From Euprymna scolopes (taxonomy: Eukaryota), in assembly GCA_053919585.1 (NCBI GenBank), contig CM132786.1: a stretch of DNA of 64,000 nucleotides; one strand, 5' to 3'. A program made the translations under genes and the position numbers. The notes beneath the pieces are model-generated. The model was not told where the DNA came from. It did no database searches and was given only the letters and a program-made list of their open reading frames with translations. Shown here piece by piece: positions 39,051-52,480 of the stretch. How positions within the stretch are numbered: position 1 is the stretch's first letter; the number at the start of each line of letters is the position of its first letter.

Positions 39051-40524
39051 CAGTAGTAAACGAAAAACGTCCATATGTAAATTAGGTGTTGGTGTGAAAT
39101 TGAAAAAAAGAAAAAGGACCACGTTCTCGTGGAAGAAACAAAGTTTATCGAAGAAAATTTAAGTCGAAGGCTCGAAATGGATGCATACAGCCGCCATGAG
39201 GTCGGAGTGAAAAAATTTACACCGTCTGAGACGGGTGATGACGAGAGACATTTTAAGTGGTGTCAAGACTGGAAATTAACCGTAATAAAAATCTTTCTTT
39301 AAAAAAAAAATAAAATGCCGACCCGGATTTGTTTTCTTTCTTTCTTTTGTTTGTTTGTAACTGCAACATTACATATATTTATTTTGGACGTTGTGACCCG
39401 GTCTTTTACTATAATAAGGCTAAATATTAAGAGAAAAATAAAGAAAAAAAAATGTTACAGTGGGACAATGCAATCGAGAGGTGAGGCCTCCCTGAATGTC
39501 AAGTGTGAAGAGATTAAAAATGGGATATTACACCATTGGGTGAGTAAATTTGTTCACTTATTTTCTTCTTTGCTAACTTTCGAATGTTCTTCTGTCCTGT
39601 CAGTCATATTTTTTTATCTTAATTTGAATGGTATAGTCTTACTAGTCGGTTTTACATTATTATAAATACATATGAGTTGTTTATAATTGACTATTAATCC
39701 TGCCATTATTAAAAATGGTTATTAAATAAAGGAAAATTGAATTTTTTAAACTAAAAAAAGAAATAAACATGCTCATTTTTAGCACGGGCTATGCTGTGCA
39801 AATTATAAATAATTTCATTTTAGTCGCGAGGTTTTCTACCGTGTCTGCTGCGTTTGCATGTCAGTATTTTGCTACGTGAATTCAGATAAATACAGAACAC
39901 TGAAATATTAAAATGTAAAGTAGTTTTAATTTTTAAATAAATGCAATACGGTCCTGTGGGATATTTGACATGAAAAACATTTTTTCTTTGTAGCTGAAAC
40001 TCTCAATGACGATAATACGTAACAGTTTGCATTCCCGCTATAGTAGAAAGATGGGTGCCTACTTAATATTTGGGTGCTCATAGTACTCGGTTTAGAGATT
40101 AAGGGTGTAAATTGTACCGTTTTTGTGTAGACAGTCCGAAAGTTGCCGACAGAATTCTGACAACTGATCAAATTTTCAGGATATACACGTAACCTAGCAA
40201 TCCGAAGTTAGTGGCTGTGTTTTGTCCAGTCGGCTTACGAACAAAGAACCTTACAGGATAGCGGAAATTAGAGGGTATTGAGTAAATAAACAGTACCTAC
40301 ATATGATCTATCTGCCGATGCTTAATGATTAGGTTAAACTGTATAGTGGCACGAAAAAGAGTACATGCAATAATTGTTGTATAATGTTGATATTCGATTT
40401 AATCGGGGGCAGGGATAATGCTTCTGCTCTGTTGGGCCAGGTATCAACCATAATTTCTCGCATAATCTTCTCAAACGTTACTGAGAACTTATTAGAAAAA
40501 ATATTCCCAAATTGTTTTGAATAA

Positions 40525-40759
40525 ATATTAATTTATTTTTATTTCGGACTACTAGTCTCATCTTTATTAGTTGTTGTTTTCCATTTTTTTATTGGATTGT
40601 TTATTCACGTTTCGGCCAACTAATTCCTCTGGCCTTCGTCCAAAAAAAAAAAGGAAAACAACAACTAATAAAGATGTGACTAGTAGTCCGAAATAAAAAT
40701 AAATTAATATATATAATGCTCATCTCAAAAATGAATTCCAATTAAGGAATAATATATAT
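40525..40759. mobile_element. Palindromic mini Penelope-type insertion with 14-bp TSD
   Basis: About 65-bp inverted arms (40525-40590 / 40642-40710); truncated hammerhead core on minus strand GACGAAGGCC..GGCCGAAACGT; ATTGTTTTGAATAA duplicated at 40511-40524 and 40760-40773. Confidence 0.85.
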
Positions 40760-43265
40760 ATTGTTTTGAATAATCTCGCCAAACATGGGCTGAGCCGTTA
40801 AGCGTCAAAAGGGGTCGTGGACGAAATAAAAGGTTAGATTAACTAGTGTTCACTCCGATAATCTCGTTAAAACTAACCGAGCAATGAAGAGATAAATTAG
40901 TCATACGACTACGAACAATGTTATGATAATTAGTTTAGTCAAGGATTTCAAGAAAAAAGTTTTAACCTAAATAAAACTCTTTAAGCAGTTGGCGTAAAAA
41001 TCTATTAATGTGCAAGGAGAGATATAAATTGCAAGACTGATAGGATATAGAGGGATGATCGGTGATTGATGCTAGAGAACAAGGAGAAAATCTGCGCTAA
41101 AATAAAGCTCACAAGAAAAATTCTGTTCGTATAAATGCATGTTGAAATGCAATTAATAGATATCTTTAAAGTATAATTAATATATATCTTAATATGTCAC
41201 ATATCTTATCCACAATTTTAAGAATTCATTCGCTAACGAAATGTTCAATGCAATATCGGAATAAGAGTTCAGTTGAATAACATAGCACAATTTATATAAG
41301 ATGCTCATACGCATTACTCTTAGAACCATCAACGTATGTACTGTTTATTCCTTTTTGTTGGATCCTCTTTAATATTATTTTATTTAATAATGATATTTTG
41401 TTCAAAGTCGAGATTAAATACATTTTACGAAATATTCAATTGAGAGAACGTGTTTATCGATTCTGAAGTGCGCTTAGGCGTTGGTTCTACACTATTTAAT
41501 GAAAACGGCAGTTGACACAAATAATTAATTTTCGCATGACAATTAGGTGTTAAGTTGGTGTTTGGCTAATTTTCAAAATATTACTTTGCGTGTTCCTGTA
41601 ATACAGACGAAAATAATTTTTTTTGCTGTAACTAATATTCTTCTTATTATTAGTATTTCTATTTTTATTTAAATACTTGTACAGCTATTATTGTACTATC
41701 ATTGCTGTCATAATATGTAGTAAAATTATCAATTATTAATACGATCTGTTTTTAAGTTACGTTCGTTACATTTGTAACCAAATATATTTCCTTCTGTAAG
41801 ATATATTTATTGTGTGCATGTTTTCGAGGTAAGTAACACACTTTTCACTGCTTTCTTTTATATTTTAAATAAATAACAGAGGAGCGATGAGGCGTTATCA
41901 TTATTTATTCATAATATGGTGTCTAAAAAGCTGATAGTTTAATTGTGTTTGTATGTTCTAGATCATGCCAAAGATCTTTAAAATATTTTATATAATTAAT
42001 GCGCATGATTAAATTTACATATGTAATGTCAATATGGATTACAATACGCCAAATGAATTAATACAGAAAAATACAACATAATTGTGTGTAAAGGAACAGT
42101 TAATTTTTATTTATTTATAGTCTACAGTTATATTAGAAATTACCTTTTAAAACAATATGTAAATATTTTATTTATAACAGGTTCTAGATTATATATTGAG
42201 CAAAAATTAACTCCACCCAACAGAACACACGTTCAATCTATAATAATATTATATTTTCATCAGACACACACACACATTAGTAAGGAAGTAGGTATTAGTT
42301 TATGTTATATTTGTAAACGGTACTTATTTAGAGATATAAACGGTTTTATAGTCAACTTTTCAAATACCATTATAGTCAAAAACACATTGTTAATATTCGG
42401 GGTATTAACCTCTGGGTCTAAACATACTTTTATTTCTAGCAGTTATGGTTTTCATTCCAGTTCTATATAGTTGTATGATTACTCGCACATGCTCCATACA
42501 ACAAAATAACTTTTACATCAGAAAATTAAATTCTGTACGTATGCGAGTCTGTATTTTTTTGTTGTTTTAATTATCAATGTAAAAGATTGCTTGACTATTT
42601 ATCTGTAATCCAAAAAATGCAAAGAAAAAAATATTGACAGCATTCGCATATCTTACATTCTGACAGATTCTCTTAAGTATAAAACATTCAACACGTTGTT
42701 ATCTTAAATTCGATATTAAAGATGTTTAATTCACCCATATGCAAATAACTGCATATTAAACTAAAATATCAATTCTCATACAAAATTCGTGTTCAGTTCA
42801 GACGCTTATACATCGAGAACTGCATATACAGCAGATCCTCACTGTACACCACAAACACTATTCTCTCACTCTACATCACAATACACAACTGGTTATTTAT
42901 CCACACGATCAGACACAGCTGACTATTACTCTATACCACCAGGTAGCTGACGATAAAGTTACGCGCCCTGACATAGCTAACCCTCGCCCTACATGACCAG
43001 AGACTAGTCATTTATACACGCCTAAACACAGATAGTCCTCCGCACATGGCTATGCACATGTGGCCGGATAATATTCACAATTTGAACATTTTCGGATGCT
43101 TACTAAATATTCTGCATAACACAGTGACCATTGTCAAAATATCTTGCTCATGAATTCCTATTTTAAGATATCCATGATATACCGACGCTAACTGAAAAAT
43201 AAAATCATACACTCATCTTGGTCACATCCACTGTACTTTTCGTAATGCTGCACATAGCTTGTAAT

Positions 43266-43688
43266 ATATGATATAAATCTCACCTGTCTGTTTACATGTA
43301 TGTATGCATGTATGTATCTATTCCTAAAACTTTCGACAGAGGCGAGGGATTTTCACGATATCGTTTAGATACTTGACCCTTCTGACGAAAAAGGTAAAAA
43401 TTAGCTAAAAACATTTATTTTTCACCTTTAACTAGGCACTTTTCTACAGGGAGTGGTCGCTTTTTTCGCCGATATTTTCAGAAGTCATCCCCTCTTTCCG
43501 ATTGACTAGCCTTAATTTAAACTTACGTCACTTCCAGTTTGGCGATGAGCGATACAGCAAAGTCGTCACTTTTTCCCCGTTCTTTTCCTTCTTCGCGGCA
43601 GGGGTTTGAGCCTTTCTGCCTATTACCACGTTTTTTTTGCTACACACACCTCTCCAAACACCAGGGCAACGCCAGGCATCCAGGCTAG
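43266..43688 (+). mobile_element. Solo non-autonomous Helitron of the array family
   Basis: Reverse-complement homolog of units 1 and 2 along its length; 3' CCAGGGCAACGCCAGGCATCCAGGCTAG|T. Confidence 0.85.
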
Positions 43689-44139
43689 TCTATTAATATT
43701 TATTTAAAAAATTACAGCATTCGAACGACTTCTTACATGCTTTCGTGTTCTCTCCGTTGCAAAAAAAATATGCTATCTGTCCTCTCCAATTCGAAGTTTT
43801 ATAATATCTAATTCATTCATATGCAACTCAATGCATATCTAATCACATTATCATTAATGAAAACATTTCTAACGTAATAGGTTGATATATTTACTGATAT
43901 TACCACCATTTTTAATTTTGTATTGGTTTTGTTTAATAAAAGGCTCGGGTCTGTCAAGCATTAGCAACTAGGACAAACAGAATATTTTGGTCTCAACTGC
44001 TTAAAAAAAAAACTTGTTTGATAATATAATTTTAACGGTTTAAATGGTAAGTTTTAAGAATACGTGCACTAGAATGTCATATTGAGATTGTATAAAAATT
44101 CGAAATGTGTTGTGTTTTCAATTAAATGAAATATTTGTT

Positions 44140-44269
44140 TTAAACTCATTCAGCCGTATGAGCCCTCTAGGTAATCATGCATATTGACTCCCGGAAAATG
44201 TGCTGCGTTATATATAGCCCGGAAGTGGGCGGTGTCGGTAAATTTCACATTTTTGCTGATAAAGGTTAA
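44140..44269. mobile_element. Small piggyBac-type MITE
   Basis: TTAA-ACTCATTCAGC ... GCTGATAAAGG-TTAA (imperfect TIRs, TTAA both sides). Confidence 0.45.
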
Positions 44270-44814
44270 CGAATTTTATAAATATATTTATGTACTTTAA
44301 GAAATCTAGTTTATATATACTATATTCAAATTAGTATTTTAGTTAAATACTTTTTAATATGTATTTTTTATCACAAATTAAGAATGTTAAACAGGCCAAG
44401 TATATTTTATTAGCTTTTTTAGTAACTTTTTTCTTTTGTCAAAAGAGTATATTTATTTTCGTACAATTTTTGGATTAAAAATATTGCTTTTAAGTATAAT
44501 AAATAAGAACAAGCGTAAACTTCGAGGAATTTCTTTGGAACTCCTATTACAAAATATGAAATTATTTTATGAAAAAGGTCGTATTATTAAATGTATAAGT
44601 ATAGAAAATCCGTTCTTAATATAGAAAGTAATATGTAAAACAGTATACATTGTGTATATACAAATAAAACTGTAGACAAACGCAAAAAAGTGAAGATGAA
44701 TATCATGTTATCATTATAGATATTAAGTACAACATAATAATAAATAGAAAATTGCCCCTATAATAATTCATACAAAATCTGCGTCAAGTAAAAAATGATG
44801 TTCAAGTGTATTTT

Positions 44815-44844
44815 ACGACTAGATAACGACGAGTGGCTTGCTAG
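44815..44844 (+). mobile_element. Degenerate Helitron 3' terminus
   Basis: ACTAGATAACGACGAGTGGCTTGCTAG|T resembles the other hairpin-CTAG ends; next to (TA)n. Confidence 0.35.
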
Positions 44845-44848
44845 TGTA

Positions 44849-44914
<66 letters not shown>

Positions 44915-44934
44915 CGATGCCTCCGTTAAGTCTC

Positions 44935-45186
44935 GAAAAACACCATATAACTTTTGTAGGAGACGCTGCACATGTAATTGTGTGGCAAGGGTTGTGCAAT
45001 AACCAACCACACCTCTTCTAAATCGACACTGCTTGAGTCCAGTGGAAAGGAAAAGTCCAGTACAGCTGGAAACGATGTCGAGATTATTAGAGATAACATA
45101 CAGCACCAGGAAGTCCCAAACGGTTCATCGTTGCTTAACTTCGGAGATCTGATGGAAATCTGTATGTCAGCGTGATTATGCCGTAT
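44935..45186 (-). mobile_element. 5S rRNA-derived SINE
   Basis: Head TACGGCATAATCACGCTGAC..GATCTCCGAAGTTAAGCAACG..CCTGGTGCTGTA; body shared with the 49406 and 57273 copies. Confidence 0.8.
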
Positions 45187-45235
45187 AGTTCGAATGTTGG
45201 TTAAAAATAGACATTTGTGAAGATTATTTGCGGGC

Positions 45236-45364
45236 GCCTCTCCCGTGGGTCGATGTGTAGAACTGCCGACTATCAACGTGAAGGTTCTAGGTTCAATCCT
45301 CGACTTGGGAGAGGTGCTAGTCTAGCGGCACTGATGATTTCTGATACAACGAAACAGTACTGCA
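45236..45364 (+). mobile_element. tRNA-derived SINE head (runs into gap)
   Basis: A-box-like GTGGGTCGATGTGTAG and B box GGTTCAATCC at tRNA-like spacing. Confidence 0.6.
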
Positions 45365-46066
45365 NNNNNNNNNNNNNNNNNNNNNNNNNNNNNNNNNNNN
45401 NNNNNNNNNNNNNNNNNNNNNNNNNNNNNNNNNNNNNNNNNNNNNNNNNNNNNNNNNNNNNNNNNNNNNNNNNNNNNNNNNNNNNNNNNNNNNNNNNNTC
45501 ATCAGAGTAGTTAGTCAGTTCGTAGTTTTTTTTTTTCTCTTCGTTTTGTTGTTATAGAGGAAGTAAGTCCTGGAGAAGAAATTTAAAAGTGCGAGCTGTA
45601 CATTTTTGCATATGGTATAAGCAAATAAAGTATATTTCTACACAAATATATATATATATATATATATATATGCGTACATGTTTGTATGTGTGTGTTTATG
45701 TGTATACTTATTGGTATCGAACAAAATGTGACTGTATAGGCAGGGAAGTAGCAGGTTTTCATTCTCTGGTCAGCAAGCATAATACTTCGGGTCATGGAAA
45801 TGTCAGGAATAAACAGTAAGTTAATGCCAGCGAAAAAGTAATAAGGCAAAAAAGTGGAGAACGACGGATACGAAGATTAGAATTGTATCAACTATTCATA
45901 CCTGATCAAATAAAGCTGATAGTTTTGCAATCTCTTGACTTTTAAATATGTCATTTATTAAGAAAGGAAAACCATGTTATTTCGGAATTATTGTGAATGT
46001 ATACTTATGTAAACACGTACACAAGAGCATGGACGTCAATGCGTTTTATTTACGCACGAATAAAGA

Positions 46067-46125
<59 letters not shown>

Positions 46126-46841
46126 TCAACTACAATGTTTGCCAAGAAAAATGCATGTATGCGTGTTCAAATACACTCTTACAATCGCATTTATTTTGTA
46201 CATGGACAAANNNNNNNNNNNNNNNNNNNNNNNNNNNNNNNNNNNNNNNNNNNNNNNNNNNNNNNNNNNNNNNNNNNNNNNNNNNNNNNNNNNNNNNNNN
46301 NNNNNNNNNNNNNNNNNNNNNNNNNNNNNNNNNNNNNNNNNNNNNNNNNNNNNNNNNNNCTACATATTTGCAAAACATATTTCGGACAGAGCAGTAAGAA
46401 GCTTGTCTGTGTAAAGTCGTAATGACTTTTCACGTTCATATTTTGCGGAATGCGGTTAATCTAATCCGTAAAATTATCAGTATGATCAGTAATATTTTAA
46501 AAATCTAACTGAAAATTATTTTGTTTAATTTATTTTTTTATTTTTGCTTGTTTAATGTATTTTATTTAGGAATAAACTCCATTGCTGAATGAGAATATTC
46601 GAAGTCACTTTTAACAAAATTATAGACATTCCAGCTTTTCTGGATCTTATGTAAACCACTTTCATATATACAAACAAAACTACACATGAAAACATGTGTA
46701 CATGCAGCATTCGCAAAAAAAAAACACGCTAGCGGCAATCAGAAAAATAAAACATATAATTAATTATCTGACATTTTAAAACGTGATCTGTCAAAAAGCA
46801 TATCGTTTCACAAACGCACATATATATATTTATATATATTT

Positions 46842-47410
46842 TGTAACCGTCATATTTTTTTCTGATTTTAGTTAGAATATAGCTTCTTATCGAATTCCAC
46901 ATATTCTGCTACTATTTCTCAGATTCCATATATTCTGCTATTACTTCTCAGATTTTTTGTAAGATTCTATTGGCTTCTAATCGCAATTGCTTGTATTTTT
47001 CTCGCATTTGGTTCGACGGGTATATTCATTAGATTTTTTATAAAGATTTTACTGGATGCAATAATAAAAAAATTATTGCGACATTTGCAAGCTTTCAGTA
47101 ATTTTTCAAGTTAACTGCGTTGTCATTATCGTTTTCCTTTAAGCTCGGTTTTATCCAGGATGATTAAGGAAACTGACTTCAAGGAGGTGTGCTACTATTT
47201 TTCAGTTGTCCTCACTGTCCTGACTCTCTGAGACAACTATCTCAGATTTAACAGACTCGTTTCCCACGTATGTACCTGTAGAGGTGTCATGGTTATAGTG
47301 CATGGTGTATGACTTCCTTCCCTCAGTTATTTCTAGTATATGTTCCCTTAACTTGCTGCTTCACTGGAAATTCAACTTTATACTAACGAAAATATTTACA
47401 CACTGTTACA
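46842..47410. mobile_element. Possible solo LTR
   Basis: TGTAAC...GTTACA inverted termini, TATAAA at about 47039, internal 29-bp tandem duplication; no TSD seen. Confidence 0.4.
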
Positions 47411-48143
47411 TTGCATTCTATTATAGCGGTCCCTGGTTATATCTTTAGAGCTCGCACACTATTCATGCGTTAGAACTTGCATTAGTATGCATTGCTGAAA
47501 TTATCCAGCTTCTAAGAAGCATTGGTAATACAGCTTTGATATTAGGCAACCACTGTAATCCTCTTTTACTGGTGAAGCGATCTTATTTTTTGCCAGTCTA
47601 GAGATTTTTCCCCGTCAATATATACCTAAATGCTATATCGTGAGTTTCGATATAAGCAAAATAATAATCCGCTTTGGACTAATCATATGAACAAAGATTG
47701 GGTAACATAGGTATATTGTAAAAATAATATTAAAAAGTATATGTATCTAAGGAAGGATATATATATATTTAAAAAAAAAGAACGACAATATAAACACGGA
47801 AGATTATCTACCTATACTCCTATGAATTTGTTTTTTTTTGTGTGTCTGTTGATATTCATATTAAAAACCCTTTCTATTTATTTAAAAAGAAAATACACCT
47901 TTGTTATATATGGGTCGTTCAACTTAATTAATTTGAAAAAGACTTAGCCAATGTGCATATTCTTTTAAAGTTTTTTTTTAATTTCCCTATTAGTTTCATC
48001 GGTTGTTTTATGGGATGATCATCTTAAGTTAGCTATTATGTGTAATTATATTCATGCAGATAATCTACATTATTCATAGTTGCGTAATATTTGTATAAAA
48101 TAATTAGATTAAACGCACAACTTTCTCTCTCTCTTTTTCTCTT

Positions 48144-48196
<53 letters not shown>

Positions 48197-48199
<3 letters not shown>

Positions 48200-48688
48200 T
48201 GTATTCGTATGTTTAAAAGTTTGGTCATCACAAACGGTTCTCTGAGTTTTTGGACCACAAGTTAAAACTTAATATACGGGAAATTCGAACCTGTGCTAAA
48301 CTTTATATTCGGGCTATCGCCGAGAAAAAATAGTGCAAAAGTGGTAAAAATAAAAATTAAAAAAATGGAATTCACCAAGTGAAGCTTGCACGACGCCATT
48401 ACACATATACATGCGTAATTTAATAACTATTATTCATGTTTTAATTTTTAGTCTGGCAGCAAACACGTCTTCATAGCTTAGGCATTAACGTCAAAGGAAA
48501 AGATAGTCGTTAGCTTTAGGTTTTTTGTTTTATTCTCGGTGTTGGCGCATGAGTCATTTTTTTTTTAAATTTAAATCATTATTATATGTTAGGTTTAATA
48601 TAATATAATAATAAATACAAAATTTACATTAATCAAAATAGCACATTTACGCGTATGTTATAATAGGGCACTGCCTGTCGGCCTGCTA

Positions 48689-48689
<1 letters not shown>
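48197..48689 (+). mobile_element. Non-autonomous Helitron in (TA)n, carrying tRNA-like segment
   Basis: 3' AGGGCACTGCCTGTCGGCCTGCTAG|T; (TA)n on both sides; 48472-48555 homologous to 17110-17190. Confidence 0.65.
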
Positions 48690-48772
<83 letters not shown>

Positions 48773-48906
48773 ACCTGTAAAAAAAGTGTTTTACATGTTT
48801 TCATAATATTATTTTGTATTCCTGCACGTCACCAATTGAAAACGAATAAAGAATACTTATAAGCTTTTATACTTTTGTATTAATTTTTAATTTTTATACA
48901 TTTCCA

Positions 48907-48945
<39 letters not shown>

Positions 48946-49089
48946 AATAAACAGATTAAACTATTTAAGAATGCATACACACGCGCACACACAGACATAC
49001 ACATACACACACATATTTTTTAATGTGTGTTTACGCGTCCGTTAGTTAGTATGGGAACGGATTTAACTTACAACGTGCGTGGCGGTCAT

Positions 49090-49240
49090 TTTATTCAATC
49101 TTCTCGTATGCGTCTAAAACTCATTTTAGTTTTCTATAATTACGTAACCAATCTTAGTTTGTGTTGTTTTTGTTACTCGGACTATTATTCTCATCTTGGA
49201 CGTTTCGGTCGTTGTAACTACGCCCTTTCTCGTGTGTTAA
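49090..49240 (-). mobile_element. Older Penelope pLTR fragment related to the 40525 element
   Basis: CCGAAACGT..AAGATGAGAATAATAGTCCGA resembles AAGATGAGACTAGTAGTCCGA of the 40525 arms. Confidence 0.5.
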
Positions 49241-49405
49241 ATCCATGTCTCCTTTTTTCTACTAAGGAAAAGAGGGGGTGTTCTGCATTGCATCGGACTG
49301 CGGGTTTGAAGGTGTGTCCCTAAATTATGAAGAACTTCAATTTTCAGGGGGCAATTAGATATTTTAGGTCTTTCCTATGACAGTTACACAATATAGGTAG
49401 ATTTT

Positions 49406-49650
49406 ATACGGCATACTCAAGTTGACACATCGGTTCCCATTAAATTACCGGAGTTAAGCAAGTTAAATCTGATCAGTAAAAAAAAATTGGTGACGATTAA
49501 GCAATTTCAGGTCTTACATATGATCTCTGCTTATCTCCGCATTGTTTTCAGTTGTCTAGAAAATTTCTTTTCCCCTGGACTAAAGCAATGTTGTTTCATG
49601 ATATATGTTGATGCGAGACCCGCAACACTTTCCTTACAATTACTGTGTGG
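49406..49650 (+). mobile_element. 5S rRNA-derived SINE
   Basis: ATACGGCATACTCAAGTTGACAC..GGAGTTAAGCAA..TCAGTA..TTTCAGGTC; body TTGTTTTCAGTTGT..CCCTGGACTAAAGCA..ACAATTAC. Confidence 0.7.
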
Positions 49651-49969
49651 ATTCATTGTCTCCTGAGACTGAACGAAGCTATCGATTATCGATCATCATC
49701 AAAATACACACACGAGAAAAACGGAATATCTATGCTAATTGTCACTATTACTGAAAAACGTGTTTTTCGAAAGAGAGGACAGATATCCTACGCGTATAGT
49801 TTTTGTAACAAAATGCAAGGGAGAAAATTCCAAGGGAAGAAGTTCTATTTATGAAATTATCTCCCTCTCAAAAATTTAGAATCCACTTACTCTTACTGCT
49901 TTTCACCTTTAAGAAGGCGCCGAACCACTTAGTCTTGAGGAGATACTATTTATGATTAGATTTGCAGGG

Positions 49970-51340
49970 ATTGGTAGCAAGCTGTCTGTTTACTATACAC
50001 TTTAATTTCTGCATGTTACTTCACTCAGGACAGCTGGAGCCCACGAGGATATCAAAAGTACAGCAGTTTGAGGGAAAAAAGCTATTTGAGTAGAAAGCTT
50101 TACGGAATCCAAGTATCTCTATACAGTGTATGTGTTGGATTTTGCTGTCTTTCGGTTTTGTCGATGGTACTACCCACAAGGAAGATTCAGTGCTTTCAGT
50201 TCGTCAGAAGACTAGCTATTGAAATGCGTATAAAACAGGCACAAGGATGTCGTGTTTTGGCGATAGAATAGAGGTTGGAGTTTATTTAATAGCCCTGGAC
50301 CTATTAGGTTGGTGACTATTTTTCAAACGCTGTCTAGGAGTGAGAAACTTGTGGCAGATACACTAGCCCAGATGTGGCAACAATAGTCCATGCATGGACG
50401 GCAGTGTCCTTATAGAGATATAGGCGTGAGTTGTATTTTTTGGCACGATAGAGCAAGCCCATCTTCCTCGAAGCAATTACTTGACAATTACCTCAATGGA
50501 TTTTCCCCCAATTAATGTTGTCTGCGAATTTTAACACTAGGAACTTGGGTGACGTACTTTCAGGCAGTGTATCAGTAACCATGGTAATAAATGATTGAGA
50601 ATGGTTCTTGTAATTATTCAAATAAATAAGTTTAGTTTTGGCACCATTGAACGTTATCAACCAGTTTCGTTTTATTCCAACTCTAGATTTTGGCGAAAAT
50701 AGGGCATAGTCTAATGGGGCGATAATTGAGTGGGGCAGTTCCTTCTTCAAAATCCTTTTAAACTGGGACAAAAGAAGCAATTTTCCAGCAGTTAGTAAAG
50801 TACAGTTCTTTAAAGCATTTATTGAAGAACTTCGAAGGAACCGAAGCAACAATGCTGTAAGAAAACAGCAATGATACGACGGACCCACAAGCCTTGGAGG
50901 TGCTTTAATTTTTATAGCATCCCGAAAAAAGTAGGAGGTATTTTCAGATTATCAAGTGTGGCTACTGTCTGCAAAGGGGAATTTGGAAGAAAGTTGCCAG
51001 CTGGGTCCAAATTGGAGTTAGCGCTAAACATCAGACAAGCAAAATTTCCTTTTCAGTTGCTGTGCAAACAATCTCAAGGTTCTTAGTAATGGGAGCATTG
51101 TTGATTAGCAATTATTTACTACACTGTTATAATTTTTCAGAAATCACGAGTTCCTATATTCTGCAATCGAATGCATTTTCTGGTGACTTCGGAATGCCTT
51201 CTCTTGGATGCAGTTATATCACTATTACAATTATTTCTAGTTTCTATAAACTTTTTTATTTTTATTTTATTGGACTTAAGCTGGATAAGTCTGAGGAAAC
51301 ATGGTGTCTTTGAGCAATAGCAGGTGCACAATCAGAGGTG
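49970..51340 (-). mobile_element. Decayed, internally deleted CR1-group LINE
   Basis: NWLITFNGAKTKL, ESTSPKFLVLKF, CMDYCCHIWAS, FSANSNLDP; homologous to 37050-39050. Confidence 0.85.
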
Positions 51341-51849
51341 GATCATTGTGGAAAGTGTGGTTTGATGAAGAACTTCCGTGTCGGAACGCGTGTTTCAATT
51401 GTTTCTTTAAAACATTCAGTAGTCTCATTGGTATACTTTTCCACGGGAAGATACATAATATTACTCCCACGAGCATCTCTGCTCTGTTTCCGGTCAGCCT
51501 TCTTATATCACCATGTCTTAAGTTTCGAGTCAGGAATTTAGGGTGATTTATACTATTATCAGTATGATCGGTATTCTGTGGTGGCATATGTGTATTTTTG
51601 GTTCATGAGAAACCTACAATTATTCAAGTTAATGCTAAATTCATCGGCACTTCATTATTGATGGAGGGGGGTAATCTCGAAAATGTCATATTACACTTTC
51701 ATTAGTAAGTTATTATTGTTTTCATGTACCGGAGTTTCTATTGAGTTATATATTATTTCAAAAATAATATTATTTTCATTATCATTTGAATCGTTCTCTC
51801 AATTATTTTTAGACTATACTGTCGTCTGAAAAATGGATTCCGGGACGAT

Positions 51850-52480
51850 GGTTTCTAGAAGTTGTTTCGCAGTTCTTATATGTTTTATACGTTGCATTAT
51901 CTTAAGTATTCTCTTTAATTTATTAATTATTAAAATCGTGTCGAACGCTTAACTGTCAAACATTATTTTAACCGGTGATAACGTTGCGTTAGTATGTTAA
52001 TTTACTCTTGTTTTGAAAGCTGGTTATTCTTTCTTTTTCGGGTTGATATTGTCATTCTTTTACAATGCTCTTTTGAAAGTATCGACAAAGCTTTCGACCG
52101 TTCCGTTAAACCTAAGATTATACGTTAGTCTCGTGACGTGTTAAAATGCAAACGGCTCAATAATACTTAAATATATGTCCTGTGAACATGATAACATTGT
52201 CGCTTACAATTGTACTTAGTATTCCTAAACGAATAAATACTTTGTCTGGCGCCATAACAGTTTTTGCAGATGTTGAGTGTTTGCATATTTAAATTAAAGA
52301 CCATTTCGAAAAGTTAGCCAGGATTATTAGGTTATATTCCCCCTTCAATCATCCTATGTAAGCAATATGATTATGTGTCTAGAAAATGTTTGTTTTGATC
52401 TATGGATGTGTTTTCATTGGTAGATTATATGCGGTTGACAACCTTTCCATTGTTTCATCAAATTTTCAAGATTCTAGTAT
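51850..52480 (-). mobile_element. Gypsy-type LTR retrotransposon integrase remnant
   Basis: NFSKW, FIRLGILSTIVSDN, NGTVESFVDTFKRAL (rve core motifs). Confidence 0.75.

Noticed and set aside
44190-44235. Host promoter (CCGGAAGT ETS site, GGGCGG box, TATA-like)
   Set aside because: Lies inside a TTAA-flanked MITE-like unit; no downstream gene evident.
45095-45186. Functional 5S rRNA gene
   Set aside because: Internal deletion over the box C region, many substitutions, continues into SINE body; same for other copies.
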